This document shows positions 10,709 through 21,780 of a stretch of 64,000 bases of DNA, piece after piece. This DNA comes from an uncultured Gemmatimonadales bacterium (lineage in GTDB: Bacteria; Gemmatimonadota; Gemmatimonadetes; Gemmatimonadales; GWC2-71-9), in NCBI GenBank assembly GCA_963821525.1, contig CAWGED010000019.1:672001-736000 (forward strand). Direction: 5' to 3'. How positions within the stretch are numbered: the stretch's first letter is position 1; every line of letters begins with the position of its first letter. The translations under genes and the position numbers were made by a program. The notes under the pieces were generated by a model. It was not told where the DNA came from and made no database searches. It worked only from the letters and a program-made list of their open reading frames with translations.

Positions 10709-11278
10709 GTGAGAATAACCTTCATCCTCTGCCTGGCCAGCGTCGCCGCCTGCGGCTCCAAAGGCGCCAACACGCCCCGACCCAAGAGCGTCATCACCCA
10801 GACTCTCCCGGTCGACCAGCTCTATCTCCTCGAGGCCGGCGGGATACCTCCCGCCGATACCTCGGTGATCTTCAAGACCGGCCAACCGCGCACCGTGATC
10901 ATGCGGCATCCCGCGCCCGACAACGGAGTCTTCGCGGAGCTGGTCTTCCCCGCCGACATGTTCGAGAACAAGGGACCGGACGATTCGGTGACGGTGAAAG
11001 CAAGTGTCCGGCCCGGCCTCTACGGGCTCGACGTCTCCTCGACCGTCGAAACCGACAAGACCGGCATCGTACGGTTCAAATATCCGGTGCACTTCTCGGC
11101 GCCACAGGGTGCCCTCGCGAAGTACGGGAGCGCGGTTCGTTACGAGCAGGTCCTGCAGATCGGACGGCAAACCGAGGATAGTCGTTACGCGCTCTACGTT
11201 TCGACCCGCCGCGCGTCCGACAATCTGGAGGCGCCCATGCTGCTGCCGGGCCGGTTTGTGGTGGGCGCACCCAGATAG
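10709..11278 (+). CDS. Hypothetical lipoprotein
   Basis: GTG start, lipobox-like LASVAAC; ends 15 nt before trpE. Confidence 0.65.
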   Translation: MRITFILCLASVAACGSKGANTPRPKSVITQTLPVDQLYLLEAGGIPPADTSVIFKTGQPRTVIMRHPAPDNGVFAELVFPADMFENKGPDDSVTVKASVRPGLYGLDVSSTVETDKTGIVRFKYPVHFSAPQGALAKYGSAVRYEQVLQIGRQTEDSRYALYVSTRRASDNLEAPMLLPGRFVVGAPR

Positions 11279-11293
11279 TACCCTTACCTCCCC

Positions 11294-12784
11294 ATGGATT
11301 CTCTCGAAGTCTTTCTGTCCCGGGCCAGGCCGGGGATGGTTCCGGTCACGCGTGAGGTAGTGCTGGACGGCGACACGCCCGTCTCCGCCTTCGCCAAACT
11401 GCACCGGGGTCCCTACGGCTTTTTACTCGAGTCCCTGGAAGGTGGGGAGAAGTGGGCCCGCTACACCTTTCTCTCGACCAATCCCCGTGAGGTCTACCGC
11501 TACCGAGGCCGGACCGCGGAACGCTGGCGCGAAGAAACCGGCTGGCAGGTGGTCGGGGAGGACGTGGCTCCTCTGGAACACCTTAGCGCCACGATGCGAC
11601 AACACCCCTCGGTTGAAGTTCCGGGCCTGCCCCGCTTCACCGGAGGCGCCGTCGGCTTCATCGGCTACGACATCGTCCGGACTCTGGAGCGGCTGCCTAA
11701 CGCGCCCCGGGACGACCGTTCGCTGCCCGATGCTGTACTGATGGTAGCGGATACCCTCCTCGTCCTCGACAACCTGTACAACCGCGCCACGGTCATCGCG
11801 AACGTCGAGGTCGTGGAGAACATGACGCGGGCCCAATTGGAAAGCCTTTATCGCGGAGCCGAAGAAAAGATCGGGGAATGGCTGGAGCGACTGGGACAAG
11901 CGTCCCCCATCGGGCCGCTTCACCTGCCGCCTGAAGCTCCGGTTCCAAAGGCGACTTCACCCTACGAAGACGGGAAATTCCAGGACGGAGTCCGGCGGAT
12001 CCAGGAATACATCACGGCGGGCGACACCTTTCAGACCGTCCTTTCCCGCCGGCTGGATCTGACGGCGCCGGACCCGATGTTGACCTACCGGTACCTTCGC
12101 GCGCTGAATCCCGCGCCCTATCTCTATTTCCTCCATTGCGACGAACTGCACATCGTGGGCAGCTCGCCCGAGGTTCTGGTTCGGGTGGAGAATGAGGAAG
12201 TCACCCTGCGCCCCATCGCCGGCACTCGGCCTCGGGGCGCTACCCCGCAGGCCGACGCGTTACTCGCCACCGAGCTGGAGGCCGACCCCAAGGAGCGGGC
12301 GGAGCACCTCATGCTGGTGGACCTGGGACGCAACGACGTTGGCCGGGTGGCGCGATACGGCACAGTTCGAATCACGACATTCATGGTGATCGAACGCTAC
12401 TCCCATGTGATGCACCTGGTGAGCGAGGTGCGCGGCACCCTGCGGGAAGGGCTCGATGCCCTCGACGCGCTCGCTGCCTGCTTCCCGGCCGGAACGGTTT
12501 CTGGAGCACCCAAGGTCCGGGCGATGGAAATCATCGACGAGCTGGAGCCGGTGAGGCGCGGTCCGTATGCTGGCGCTGTGGGCTACATCGGCTGGGGCGG
12601 GAAGAGTCTCGACACCGCGATCGCGATCCGGACCGTGGTGATGAAGGGGAATCGGGCATGGGTGCAGGCGGGTGCCGGCATAGTGGCCGATTCCGATCCG
12701 CAGGGTGAATGGAAGGAGACCGAGGCCAAGGCGCGGGCCGTCCTGGCAGCCATGGGGCTGGCGGGACTGCGGTGGGAGGAGTAG
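11294..12784 (+). CDS. trpE: Anthranilate synthase component I
   Basis: LLES...RYTF, GGAVGFIGYD, LNPAPY, SSPE, PIAGTRPRG, EHLMLVDLGRND, FPAGTVSGAPK, QAGAGIVADS. Confidence 0.93.
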   Translation: MDSLEVFLSRARPGMVPVTREVVLDGDTPVSAFAKLHRGPYGFLLESLEGGEKWARYTFLSTNPREVYRYRGRTAERWREETGWQVVGEDVAPLEHLSATMRQHPSVEVPGLPRFTGGAVGFIGYDIVRTLERLPNAPRDDRSLPDAVLMVADTLLVLDNLYNRATVIANVEVVENMTRAQLESLYRGAEEKIGEWLERLGQASPIGPLHLPPEAPVPKATSPYEDGKFQDGVRRIQEYITAGDTFQTVLSRRLDLTAPDPMLTYRYLRALNPAPYLYFLHCDELHIVGSSPEVLVRVENEEVTLRPIAGTRPRGATPQADALLATELEADPKERAEHLMLVDLGRNDVGRVARYGTVRITTFMVIERYSHVMHLVSEVRGTLREGLDALDALAACFPAGTVSGAPKVRAMEIIDELEPVRRGPYAGAVGYIGWGGKSLDTAIAIRTVVMKGNRAWVQAGAGIVADSDPQGEWKETEAKARAVLAAMGLAGLRWEE

Positions 12785-12792
12785 AAATCCCC

Positions 12793-14394
12793 ATGCCCTT
12801 CAAGCTCGTCCCGTTCACCGGCGATCAGGATTTCGACCTCTCCGCCAAGAACGCATATATCGTCGGGCGGGCGGTGACGAGCGACATTCCGATTTTCGAT
12901 CCTACGATCTCCCGCCGCCACGCCGAGCTGGTCCCCAACACGACCGGCGTCACGGTGAAGGACCTCGGCAGCTCGAACGGCACATTTATCAATGGCACGC
13001 GGGTCACCGAGGGGACGCTCGCCGCGAATGATTCGGTGACCTTCGGCAAAGTCGTCTTCCAGCTCAAGTCTCTCGAGGTCACACCGCTTCGTCCGCCGGC
13101 CAACCAGGCCCCGGCTCCCAACCAGACGATCGTTCGCCAGGTCTCGGTGAGCGGAGGGATGCCGGCGGTGATGTCGCCCTCGGCATCGGGAAGCCCGAGC
13201 GGTGTGGGACAACTGAAGGTGGCGGGAGTCTCGACCCAGGAGCGGCAAGCCAAGAAGCTCTCGCTGCTCCTGGAAGTGGCTCAGAAGCTCTCGGGCGAGC
13301 TGGACCTCGACAAGGTGTTGGGCCGGGTCGTGACCACGACGTTCGATGTGATGAACGTGGACCGGGTCTCGGTGCTGCTGCGCAACGACGGTACCGGGGA
13401 ACTCATTCCCCGAATGTCGAAGAGCCGCCTGGGCGATGCCTCGGCCCAGCACGTGCCCCGGTCGATCGCGCGCAAGGCGGTCGAGGAGCGGGTCGCGATT
13501 CTGTCCGACAACGCGGCAGCGGATGACCGGTTCAAGGGCGGTCAGTCCATCATGATCCAGAGCGTCCGCAGCGCCATGTGCATTCCGCTCATGGCCTCGG
13601 CGGAGCAGGTGCTGGGCATCCTTTACGTGGACAACCTCACCGCGACGAATTCGTTCAGTGACGAGGACCTGCAATTCCTGATCGCATTCGGAGGCCTCGC
13701 CGCGATCGCGATCAAGACCAGCCGCTTCGCCGAACAGATCCAGCGCGAAGCGATGGTCCGCTCCAACTTCGAGCGCTACTTCGCGCCCAACGTCGCCGCG
13801 GAGATCGCTCAGCAGCAGGGTGCCGTCAAGCTGGGCGGCGACAGGCGCCCGGTCACGATTCTGTTCAGCGACATCCGGGGCTTCACCAGCATGTCGGAAC
13901 ACATGAGCCCGGATGCGATCGCCGGGCTGCTCACCGACTACTTCACCGAGATGGTGGAGGTGGTCTTCAGCCACGGCGGGACGCTGGACAAATTCATCGG
14001 CGATGCAATCATGGCCCTCTGGGGTGCACCGATTCCCCACGCCGATGACCCTGACCGCGCGGTAGCGGCGGCGATCGGGATGCAGCGCGCGCTGGTCGCG
14101 CTCAACGAGAAGTGGAAAGAGGAAGGAAAGCCAGAAATCGGCGTGGGGATCGGCATCAACTATGGCGACACCTTCGCCGGCAACATCGGCAGCCACCTGC
14201 GGCTCGAATACACCGTGATCGGAGACGCCGTCAACGTCGCCTCACGGCTCTGCTCCAAGTCCTCGAAGGGAGAAATCCTGATCAGCGACCCGCTGTACCA
14301 GATGCTGAAGGCCAAGCCGGCCGTGGAACCGCTCGAACCCCTCGCGGTGAAGAACCGGGGGGCGCCGGTGCCGGTGTGGAAGGTGAAGATTTAG
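12793..14394 (+). CDS. FHA-GAF-class III adenylate cyclase
   Basis: FHA (VGR...SRRHA...DLGSSNGT), GAF (SAMCIPL...GILYVDN), cyclase (FSDIRGFT, DKFIGDAIMA, YTVIGDAVNVASRL); Lys/Thr specificity residues indicate ATP substrate. Confidence 0.92.
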   Translation: MPFKLVPFTGDQDFDLSAKNAYIVGRAVTSDIPIFDPTISRRHAELVPNTTGVTVKDLGSSNGTFINGTRVTEGTLAANDSVTFGKVVFQLKSLEVTPLRPPANQAPAPNQTIVRQVSVSGGMPAVMSPSASGSPSGVGQLKVAGVSTQERQAKKLSLLLEVAQKLSGELDLDKVLGRVVTTTFDVMNVDRVSVLLRNDGTGELIPRMSKSRLGDASAQHVPRSIARKAVEERVAILSDNAAADDRFKGGQSIMIQSVRSAMCIPLMASAEQVLGILYVDNLTATNSFSDEDLQFLIAFGGLAAIAIKTSRFAEQIQREAMVRSNFERYFAPNVAAEIAQQQGAVKLGGDRRPVTILFSDIRGFTSMSEHMSPDAIAGLLTDYFTEMVEVVFSHGGTLDKFIGDAIMALWGAPIPHADDPDRAVAAAIGMQRALVALNEKWKEEGKPEIGVGIGINYGDTFAGNIGSHLRLEYTVIGDAVNVASRLCSKSSKGEILISDPLYQMLKAKPAVEPLEPLAVKNRGAPVPVWKVKI

Positions 14395-14396
14395 TC

Positions 14397-14531
14397 GATT
14401 GAAGATTGAGGATTTCAGATTGAAGATTGGGAACTGCAATTTCAGATGGAAGATTTCAGATTGAAGATTTGAAGCCGATGCTCAAAACTGCAGTTCAAAT
14501 CTGAAATCTGACATCTTAAATCTGAAATCTG
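14397..14531. repeat. Inverted heptamer-array element, GATTGAA family
   Basis: GATTGAA GATTGAG GATTTCA ... AAATCTG x~5; between convergent cyclase and maf. Confidence 0.85.
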
Positions 14532-15085
14532 TACCCAACCCCAGCCTCACCCAACAGCTTCAGCACCAGTCGCACCGGCAACCCCATCACACCGAAAAAA
14601 TCGCCATCGATCCGCTCGACCAGCGCGGCGCCGTAGCCCTGGATGCCGTAGGCGCCGGCTTTGTCCATCGGTTCTCCGGTGGCGATGTACGCTCGGAGAA
14701 AGTCGTCGTTGCACGGAGAAAAGGTTACCGAGGTGATGTCGGTGGCCTGGCGAAGGGTCCCGTTCGAAACCAGGGCCACTGACGTGATCACCTGATGGGT
14801 CTGGCCCTGCAGCTTCCGGAGCATTGCAAGAGCCTCGTCGGAGTCCGCCGGCTTCTCCAGCAGATCATCACCCAGCAGTACGATGGTGTCGGCACCGAGG
14901 ACCAGGTCCCCCTTCACGCTGCGAGCCTTGTCCCGCGCCAGGCGTTCCGCATACTCCACCGGCGTTTCCCCCGCCGCTCGCTGCTCTTCGATGTGCGACG
15001 GCCGGACCTCGACCGGAATGCCGAGCATCTCGAGCAGCTGACGGCGCCGGGGAGAGGCGGAGGCGAGGATGAGGGGGTGGGGCAT
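14516..15085 (-). CDS. maf: Maf nucleotide pyrophosphatase
   Basis: LILASASPRRRQLL, GADTIV, KP, DKAGAYGIQG, GLP. Confidence 0.94.
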   Translation of the reverse strand: MPHPLILASASPRRRQLLEMLGIPVEVRPSHIEEQRAAGETPVEYAERLARDKARSVKGDLVLGADTIVLLGDDLLEKPADSDEALAMLRKLQGQTHQVITSVALVSNGTLRQATDITSVTFSPCNDDFLRAYIATGEPMDKAGAYGIQGYGAALVERIDGDFFGVMGLPVRLVLKLLGEAGVGYRFQI

Positions 15086-15090
15086 GAGGA

Positions 15091-15185
15091 AGGGATAGAG
15101 GGAGTAGGGATTGGGGAGTAGGGAGTAGGGCGAACCGATTGGGCGGAGGAAGTGGCCCACTCCCCACCCCCTACTCCCTACAACC
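15091..15185. repeat. Inverted heptamer-array element, AGGGAGT family
   Basis: AGGGAGT-like x6 ... CCCCACC CCCTACT CCCTACA; maf/dtd junction. Confidence 0.85.
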
Positions 15186-15187
15186 GG

Positions 15188-15631
15188 TCAGGGTGTCCGC
15201 TCCAGCACCAACGTCACCGGCCCGTCATTATGTATCTCGACCTGCATCATCGCCCCAAACTCTCCGGTCTCTACCTTGAGTCCCTTGGCGCGCAGGGCGG
15301 CGACGAAGCGTTCGTAGAGTGGGATCGCGACTTCGGGCCGCGCGGCATCGATGAATGACGGTCGGCGGCCCTTCGCGGCGTCGCCGTAGAGCGTGAACTG
15401 GGAGATCACCAGGATCGCCCCGCCCACCTCGTCCAGACCGAGGTTCATCTTGTCCTGGGCATCGCTGAATAGCCGAAGGCTCGCGACCTTCTCGGCCATC
15501 CAGTCCACCTCGGCCGGGGTGTCGGAATGGGTGAATCCCACGAGGAGGCAGAACCCGCGGTCGATCGCGCCAGCAATCCGGCCCTCGATCGTGACCGATG
15601 CGCGAGTAACGCGCTGCAGGACGACGCGCAC
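15188..15631 (-). CDS. dtd: D-aminoacyl-tRNA deacylase
   Basis: RVVLQRV, SQFTLY, KGRRPSF, FGAMMQV, NDGPVT. Confidence 0.96.
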   Translation of the reverse strand: MRVVLQRVTRASVTIEGRIAGAIDRGFCLLVGFTHSDTPAEVDWMAEKVASLRLFSDAQDKMNLGLDEVGGAILVISQFTLYGDAAKGRRPSFIDAARPEVAIPLYERFVAALRAKGLKVETGEFGAMMQVEIHNDGPVTLVLERTP

Positions 15632-15779
15632 CTGGGATCTCCGCTGTAGGCTGGGACTCGGATGGCTGAGAGTCGGCTTATTCTAATGTGCCAGGCGACT
15701 CGGCGGAGGAGGCCGGCGCCCGGCTCGCGACCCGGGGAGCCCCTCCGGCATCTCTCCCAGAACCGCAACTCAGGGATCC

Positions 15780-17072
15780 ATGACCGTCCGCCGCCGCCGT
15801 AACCGACTCGGGCTCTTCATCGCCTGCCTTTCACTCCAGGCAGCGATGGGTGCTGCTCAGGGGAGTCCACGCGATACCGCGCTCACCCGGCAGTACCTCC
15901 ATGAGGCCGACAGCATCGCGGACGGAGACGCGGGACTGCTCTGGGGCCTTTCCCTCGCCGGACCGATGATGCTGGTGGATCGGGACACCCGCGCCATCAT
16001 CGCCAACGTTGCCGATGGTGAAGGGCGATTGAAGCAGGCGGGATCGGTGTTCGTGGGAACTCTGCCCGCGGACCAGAACGTGAGCAACACCGGCTTCAAC
16101 TGGGCCGGCCGGCGATGGACCATGGTGGCGCTGCCGGTGCCCCAGGACCCGGTATCTCGTGCGGCACTCATGATGCACGAGCGCTGGCACCGGATCCAGG
16201 ACAGCCTCGGCTTTCCCGCCTCGAGCCCAACCAACGACCATCTCGATACTCGGGATGGCCGGCTCTGGCTGCGACTCGAAGGCCGCGCGCTACAGCGAGC
16301 CATGGTTACGAAAGGCGAGAAGCGCCGCACAGCGGCAAGCGACGCGGTGCTCTTCCGGCGCTATCGCCGTCAGCTGATCTCCGGCGCCGACAGCAGCGAG
16401 CGAGCACTCGAGATGAACGAGGGGCTGGCCGAGTATACCGGTTTGACGTTGGCCGGTTTCAGCGATTCCGCGATCGCGAGGCAGGTGGCGACGCTCGATA
16501 CCGCGTCGAGCCTGGGCCGCTCGTTCGCCTATTACACCGGACCCGCTTACGGACGACTGCTCGACGTGCTGGGGATGGTCTGGCGCCCTTCACTGAATCC
16601 GGCTCAGGATCTCGCGGCTCTGCTGGCAACCGCCCTCTTACCCACACCGATTCCGAATCTGACCGATGCGGTCCAACGGGCCGGAGCCTATGGCTATGAA
16701 CAGGTAAGGCAGCAGGAAGAGGCCCGAGCCATCGCACGAATCGCCCGTCAGGCCGAGCTGCGACAACGCTTCGTCAGCGGACCGGTGCTGCGCCTGCCGC
16801 TCCGCGACATGCGAGTCGGATTCGACCCCAACCGGGTCGAGCCGCTTGATTCGGTGGGACCGGTATATGCGGCTCTGCGGATCGTGGACAGCTGGGGTGT
16901 TTTGGACGTGACCGACGGCGGTGGACTGATCCGTGACTGGCAGGAGGCGATCGTCCCGGCCCCGGAGATTACCAAGGGCAAGATCTCAGGACCGGGCTGG
17001 ACGCTCGATCTCGCCAAGGGGTGGATTCTGGTTCCCGGGACGCGTCAGGGAGACTACACCGTAAGTCACTGA
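15780..17072 (+). CDS. Exported hypothetical protein, possible gluzincin-like metallopeptidase
   Basis: Signal peptide; HERWH (HExxH) and downstream NEGLAEY. Confidence 0.6.
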   Translation: MTVRRRRNRLGLFIACLSLQAAMGAAQGSPRDTALTRQYLHEADSIADGDAGLLWGLSLAGPMMLVDRDTRAIIANVADGEGRLKQAGSVFVGTLPADQNVSNTGFNWAGRRWTMVALPVPQDPVSRAALMMHERWHRIQDSLGFPASSPTNDHLDTRDGRLWLRLEGRALQRAMVTKGEKRRTAASDAVLFRRYRRQLISGADSSERALEMNEGLAEYTGLTLAGFSDSAIARQVATLDTASSLGRSFAYYTGPAYGRLLDVLGMVWRPSLNPAQDLAALLATALLPTPIPNLTDAVQRAGAYGYEQVRQQEEARAIARIARQAELRQRFVSGPVLRLPLRDMRVGFDPNRVEPLDSVGPVYAALRIVDSWGVLDVTDGGGLIRDWQEAIVPAPEITKGKISGPGWTLDLAKGWILVPGTRQGDYTVSH

Positions 17073-17120
17073 TCCTGCTCAAGCCGCCAGCCAAGCTGCG
17101 AGGGTGGTAGACTTAGGTGT

Positions 17121-17989
17121 ATGCCGTTGCGTCCCTTCCCCGGCACTCGGTGGATTCACCAGCGCCGGCGCGGTAGTCGTTCGCCCCACCGGCCCGACCC
17201 TCCACCTGGTCCAATGATCGGCTGACCACCGCCTGGCTCGGCCACGCGACGGTCCTTCTCAACCTGTTTGGACGCTGGATCCTCACCGACCCAGCCCTGC
17301 GCCGGCGGGTCGGCGTGCATTTTGGTTTGGGCACCATCGGACCTCGCCGGCTCATTCCCGCCGCTCTACGCCCCAGAGATATCCCTTCGCTGGATCTGCT
17401 GTTGATCTCTCATGCCCACATGGATCATCTCGACTACGGGACGCTGCGCTACTTGCCCAGGCGAACGCCGGTCGTCACCAGCCGCGGCAACGCCGACCTT
17501 CTGGGCCGGTTCACGCAGGTCGAGGAGCTGTCGTGGGGCGAAGAGGTGGAAGTCTCTGGCATCGGCGTGCGCGCGATTCCTGCCCGGCATTGGGGTGCCA
17601 GGGTGATGACCGCCAGGGTGATGACCGATCGCCATCGCGGCTACGGCGGATTTCTGCTGGAGTACCAAGGCATGCGAGTCGTGTTCGCGGGAGACACCGC
17701 GTACACCGACCGTTATCGCGAGATCGGCGCCGAGGCTCCAGTGGATCTGGCCATCGTCCCGATTGGCGCCTACGACCCGTGGATCGACAATCACGCGAGC
17801 CCGGAGCAGGCGTGGGCAATGACCCGAGATCTGCGGGCGCGGTATGTCATGCCGGTGCACCACTCCACGTTCCGCTTGAGCCGTGAACCCCCTGATGAGC
17901 CGATCCGCCGCTTCCTCGCCGCGGCGGGACCGGAGCGCGACAGGATCGTCGCCACAGAGGTCGGCGCGACCTGGAGCCTCCCCACGTGA
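17121..17989 (+). CDS. MBL-fold metallo-hydrolase (NAPE-PLD/RomA-like), frameshift near 17200
   Basis: WLGHATVLL...ILTDP, ISHAHMDHLD, PARHW, FAGDT, PIGAY, PVHHSTF; ATG at 17121 in the adjacent frame. Confidence 0.85.
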
Positions 17990-19792
17990 AACTGCATGTC
18001 ACTCGCAAACAGGTCGGCTGGTTTGGCGTTATCACGTTCCTGCTCACCGTCATCGCGATCTATGGCGGGGCCTGGCTGCTGGAGCGCGCGCTCATGCTGC
18101 CAGTCAATGCCTACATCAGAGACCGCACGCTCGCCTTTCTCCAGGAGAAGAACGTAGAAGGTCTGGTCATCACCTTCCCCAAACTCGACCTGAGCCTGGT
18201 CCGCCGACGGCTGGTCATCAACGATCTCAAGATCCGCTACGACAACAAGGACAGCACCCGCTACGAGCGCTTCCAGGCCACGGTACCGCGAATCACGCTG
18301 ACGGGCGTCGACCTCGGAGACGTGATCTGGCACCGGCATCTCCGGCTCGACGCCGTGCGGCTCTCCAGTCCGGTCCTGAGTCGGCTTCGCGAATCGATCG
18401 ATAGCGGCGCCAAGCCGCCGATCCCTGCCTCGGCGGCTGATGAAAATGAGGTAGTACCCGACTCACTCGCGGCCCAGATTCCGGCCCTCGACAGCGTGGT
18501 CTTTAACCTGGTCTCCAGCTGGCTGCCGGACGACTTTCGCAACGCCCGCATCGAGCTGATAGCGGTGGACGACGCCACGATCGTTTCTACGGCCCGAGAA
18601 GGGAGCAAGGCTTCCCGCGATTCGACCTCGCAGCCTGGCGCTCCGGATCCGAGGCATTCAGCTGGACAGTACGGAGCGGCGAGTGTTCGAATCGGCCCGA
18701 CTCTCTGCCGCTTCGCTTTTTCACCTCACCAGCGGCCTGCGCGGCTCGCTCCGCATTGACAGCCTGATCCTTCAGCTGGATCCCAACGACACCACCGTCG
18801 AGTTCACCTCGCTCCGCACCTTCCCCGCCGATAGCGGGCACTCACTTTACCTCGGCGGCTTCAAGCGGGGGCATCACGGACGGACCTTCTCGCTTGATAC
18901 CATCGCCTACGAGCCGCTCAAGACCGATTCGGCGTTCTTTGCCCACGGCCCCAGCCGGCGGACCAGGGTCCGGTTGTCCTTGAAGGGCATGAAAGGCAGC
19001 GGAGTCGAGGCGGCCGCATTGCCCCGGGGGCAGGCGGTGGTGCAGCGGGTCGGGATCGATTCGCTCCGAATCGATGCCATAGTCGATACCCGGACCGACC
19101 CGCACCCAAGGCCACGCCAGTTGTGGCCCCAGGTCCTGGCCCAGGCTTCCTGGCGCCTCGGGATCGACACCGTACAGTTGGAGCACGGTTACATCCACTA
19201 CGGCGAGCTCAAGGCCAACCGCCCGGAGCCGGCGGTGGTGTGGTTCTCGAACATTTCGGCCACCATCACAGGACTGGGCAACCATCCCGACAGCACCCGG
19301 ATTTCTACTCCGGCCGTGATGCTGGCCAAGGGACAGTTCATGGGTCAGGGATCGCTCGAGGCCCGGCTCGAGGTCCCAATCGTTCCGGATCATTTCGCCA
19401 TGAGGGCCGAGGGCAAAGCGGCGGATCTCCGTGCGGAGGTGTTGAACCGGTTTCTTCTTACCGCGATGGGGGTGCGGGTGACCAGCGGCCGAGCTCACCG
19501 GGCGACCTTTGCCTTTCGGGTGGCTAACGGTAAAGCGACCGGAGATATGACTCTGATCTACGACAGCCTGGCCGTCCAAATCGTGGATCGGACCACACGG
19601 AAGAAAGGGCTGGACGAGAAGCTGAAGACCTTCTTCGCCAACAAGTTTATGATGCGCAGCAGCAACATGCCGGACGACAAGGGCAAGCTCGACCCTGCAC
19701 CGATTTCCTACCGATACAAATTGGGGGAGACCTTCTGGGGCGGGATCTGGCGGTCCTTGAGGAGCGGCCTAACCAAGACGATCAAGAAGTAG
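17986..19792 (+). CDS. AsmA/DUF748-like membrane-anchored beta-strand-rich protein, copy 1 (frameshift near 18635)
   Basis: N-terminal TM helix, repeated beta-strand units, C-terminal amphipathic FWGGIWRSLRSGL; two overlapping ORFs. Confidence 0.65.
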
Positions 19793-19823
19793 TTAATTCC
19801 CGCTCTGCCTGGAGCCGCATCCA

Positions 19824-21623
19824 ATGAGCCGTAAAGCCAAAATTTGGCTGTTGGTACTACTCGTCTTCGTGGTGACCATCTCAGTCGCCTTGTGGATACT
19901 GCCAACCAAGTTCGAGGCCGCGCTTCGCGCCACGGTCAACGACTATCTCCGCGAGAAGACCCTCGCGATGCTCGACGAAACCGATGTCGCCGGGCTGAAT
20001 GTGGAGTTCGGGTCGCTGGACCTGAGTTTTGCCCAGCGCCATCTGATCATCAACGACATCCGCATCAGGTACGACCATCGCGACTCCACCAAATACGTGC
20101 GGTTCACGGCCGAAACGCCGCGGGTGGCCCTCATGGGGCTGGACCTCCTCGACATCATCAAGCACCAAAGTTTTCGGTTGAGCCGAGGTGCGCATCGACC
20201 GCCCGGTGCTGAGTCAACTTCAGGAACTGAGCGGAAAACCCAAGAAGCCTGAGAAGCAACCTCGTGCCGTCGCGGTAACCGAAGAAGACACGCTTCCGAT
20301 GGCGCCCCGGTCGAGCTGGATACCCTGCTCTACCATGCGGTGGCTGCCTGGCTTCCCGATGAAATACGCCAGGGGCGCATCGATCTCATCGCCCTCAATC
20401 ACGGCAGCGTCCTGTCGGTTACCAAACGGGGCAAGGATGTCACCCGGGACTCGCTCGGCAACATTGATCTGAAACTTCGAGGTCTGGGGCTCGACAGTCT
20501 CAAGCAGAAGGTCTTCGAGGGGATCTCCGTCGACCTGCAAATGGCGCTTCACGTGTCCGGACAAGCCGATTCGGTCCAGATAGACACGGTTGCGATGCGG
20601 CTCGATCCCAAGGATACGGTGCTTACCGTGCGAAGGGCTCGATCCACCCCGTCGAACCCCGAGAAGTCGGCCCTTTTCCTGGAAGGACTCAAACGCTCCA
20701 GCCGTGAGGGGCAGCTCAAGCTTGATACCTTGACGTTCGGCCCTCGTGCCAGTGATCAGAAATGGCTCGCGCGAGCCACCAAGCGGCGAAGTCGAATCCG
20801 GTTCAACCTGGGACAGCTCACGATCGACGGTACGCTGCTCCGTCGGGTCTTGGGTGAGCGGGTCGAGCTTCGTCGGATTGGCGTGGGAAGCATGACCCTC
20901 GACGTGCTTGCCGACCGGCGGGCCGAGAAAAACCCTCCGAAGCCGCGCACGATGTGGTCCCAGCGTCTGGCCGACCTGGATTGGGCGGTGCGAGTCGACA
21001 CCATCTCCCTGAAAAAGGGCACCATACGCTACGGGGAGATCAACGCGGGGCGTCCCGAGGTGGCACTGCTTTACTTCTCCGATGTCAACGCCATGGTGAC
21101 CAATCTCGGCAACAAGGAAGGCTACGGCGGAAAGACCGCCCCCGTTGCCAAGATTGACGCTACTGCCAAGCTGATGGGCAAGGGTGCCGTCAAAGCCCAC
21201 ATGGAGATACCCCAGACACCCGGCACTCACGTCTCCAGCGTCTCGGGGAGCCTTGGCACGTTCCAGGGTCCGGAGCTCAACTCGATGCTGCTCTATGCAG
21301 CGGGAGTGAAACTCAAGAGCGGGCGGATGGACTCCGTCAGCTTCAATTTCAAGGTGGCGAACGGATTGTCTGCCGGCAGCTTCTCCTCGACCTTCGACAG
21401 CCTGAGTCTCGAAATAGTGAACCGGGTGAGCCAGAAGCGCGGGCTCAAGGAAAAGCTGATGGGCAAGGCGGCGAACGCCCTGGTGCGGAACTCGAACCGT
21501 CCCGGCGAGAAGAGCTACCGGCCCGAGGTCCCGATCAAGTACGAGCTCAAGAACAGCGACAGCTTCTTCGGGATGGTATGGCAGTCGCTGAAGTCCGGGT
21601 TGCTGAAGATGATGAAGGACTAG
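19824..21623 (+). CDS. AsmA/DUF748-like protein, copy 2 (frameshifts near 20185 and 20325)
   Basis: Collinear with copy 1 (LDLS..R.L.IND..IRYD..DST; IDT..L..G.I.YGE; FFGMVWQSLKSGL). Confidence 0.65.
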
Positions 21624-21627
21624 AAAG

Positions 21628-21780
21628 CAGCCGTCAGCCATCAGCCGTCAGACAGCCAGCTGTTAGCTATTAGCTGTCATAGAGGCCGCAATGAGAGACC
21701 CTCCGACGGGTTGCGTCGGAGGGTCTCGTTATTGGCTGATCGCCAACAGCTAATAGCTGACGGCTCTGACGGCTGACGGC
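21628..21780. repeat. Inverted heptamer-array element, CAGCCGT family, with inner hairpin
   Basis: CAGCCGT CAGCCAT CAGCCGT..TAGCTAT TAGCTGT ... AGCTAAT AGCTGAC..GACGGCT GACGGC. Confidence 0.85.
21689..21734. terminator. Strong hairpin between convergent genes (probable bidirectional terminator)
   Basis: 14-bp perfect stem GAGACCCTCCGACG / CGTCGGAGGGTCTC with loop GGTTG, extended by CAATGA/TTATTG. Confidence 0.65.
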
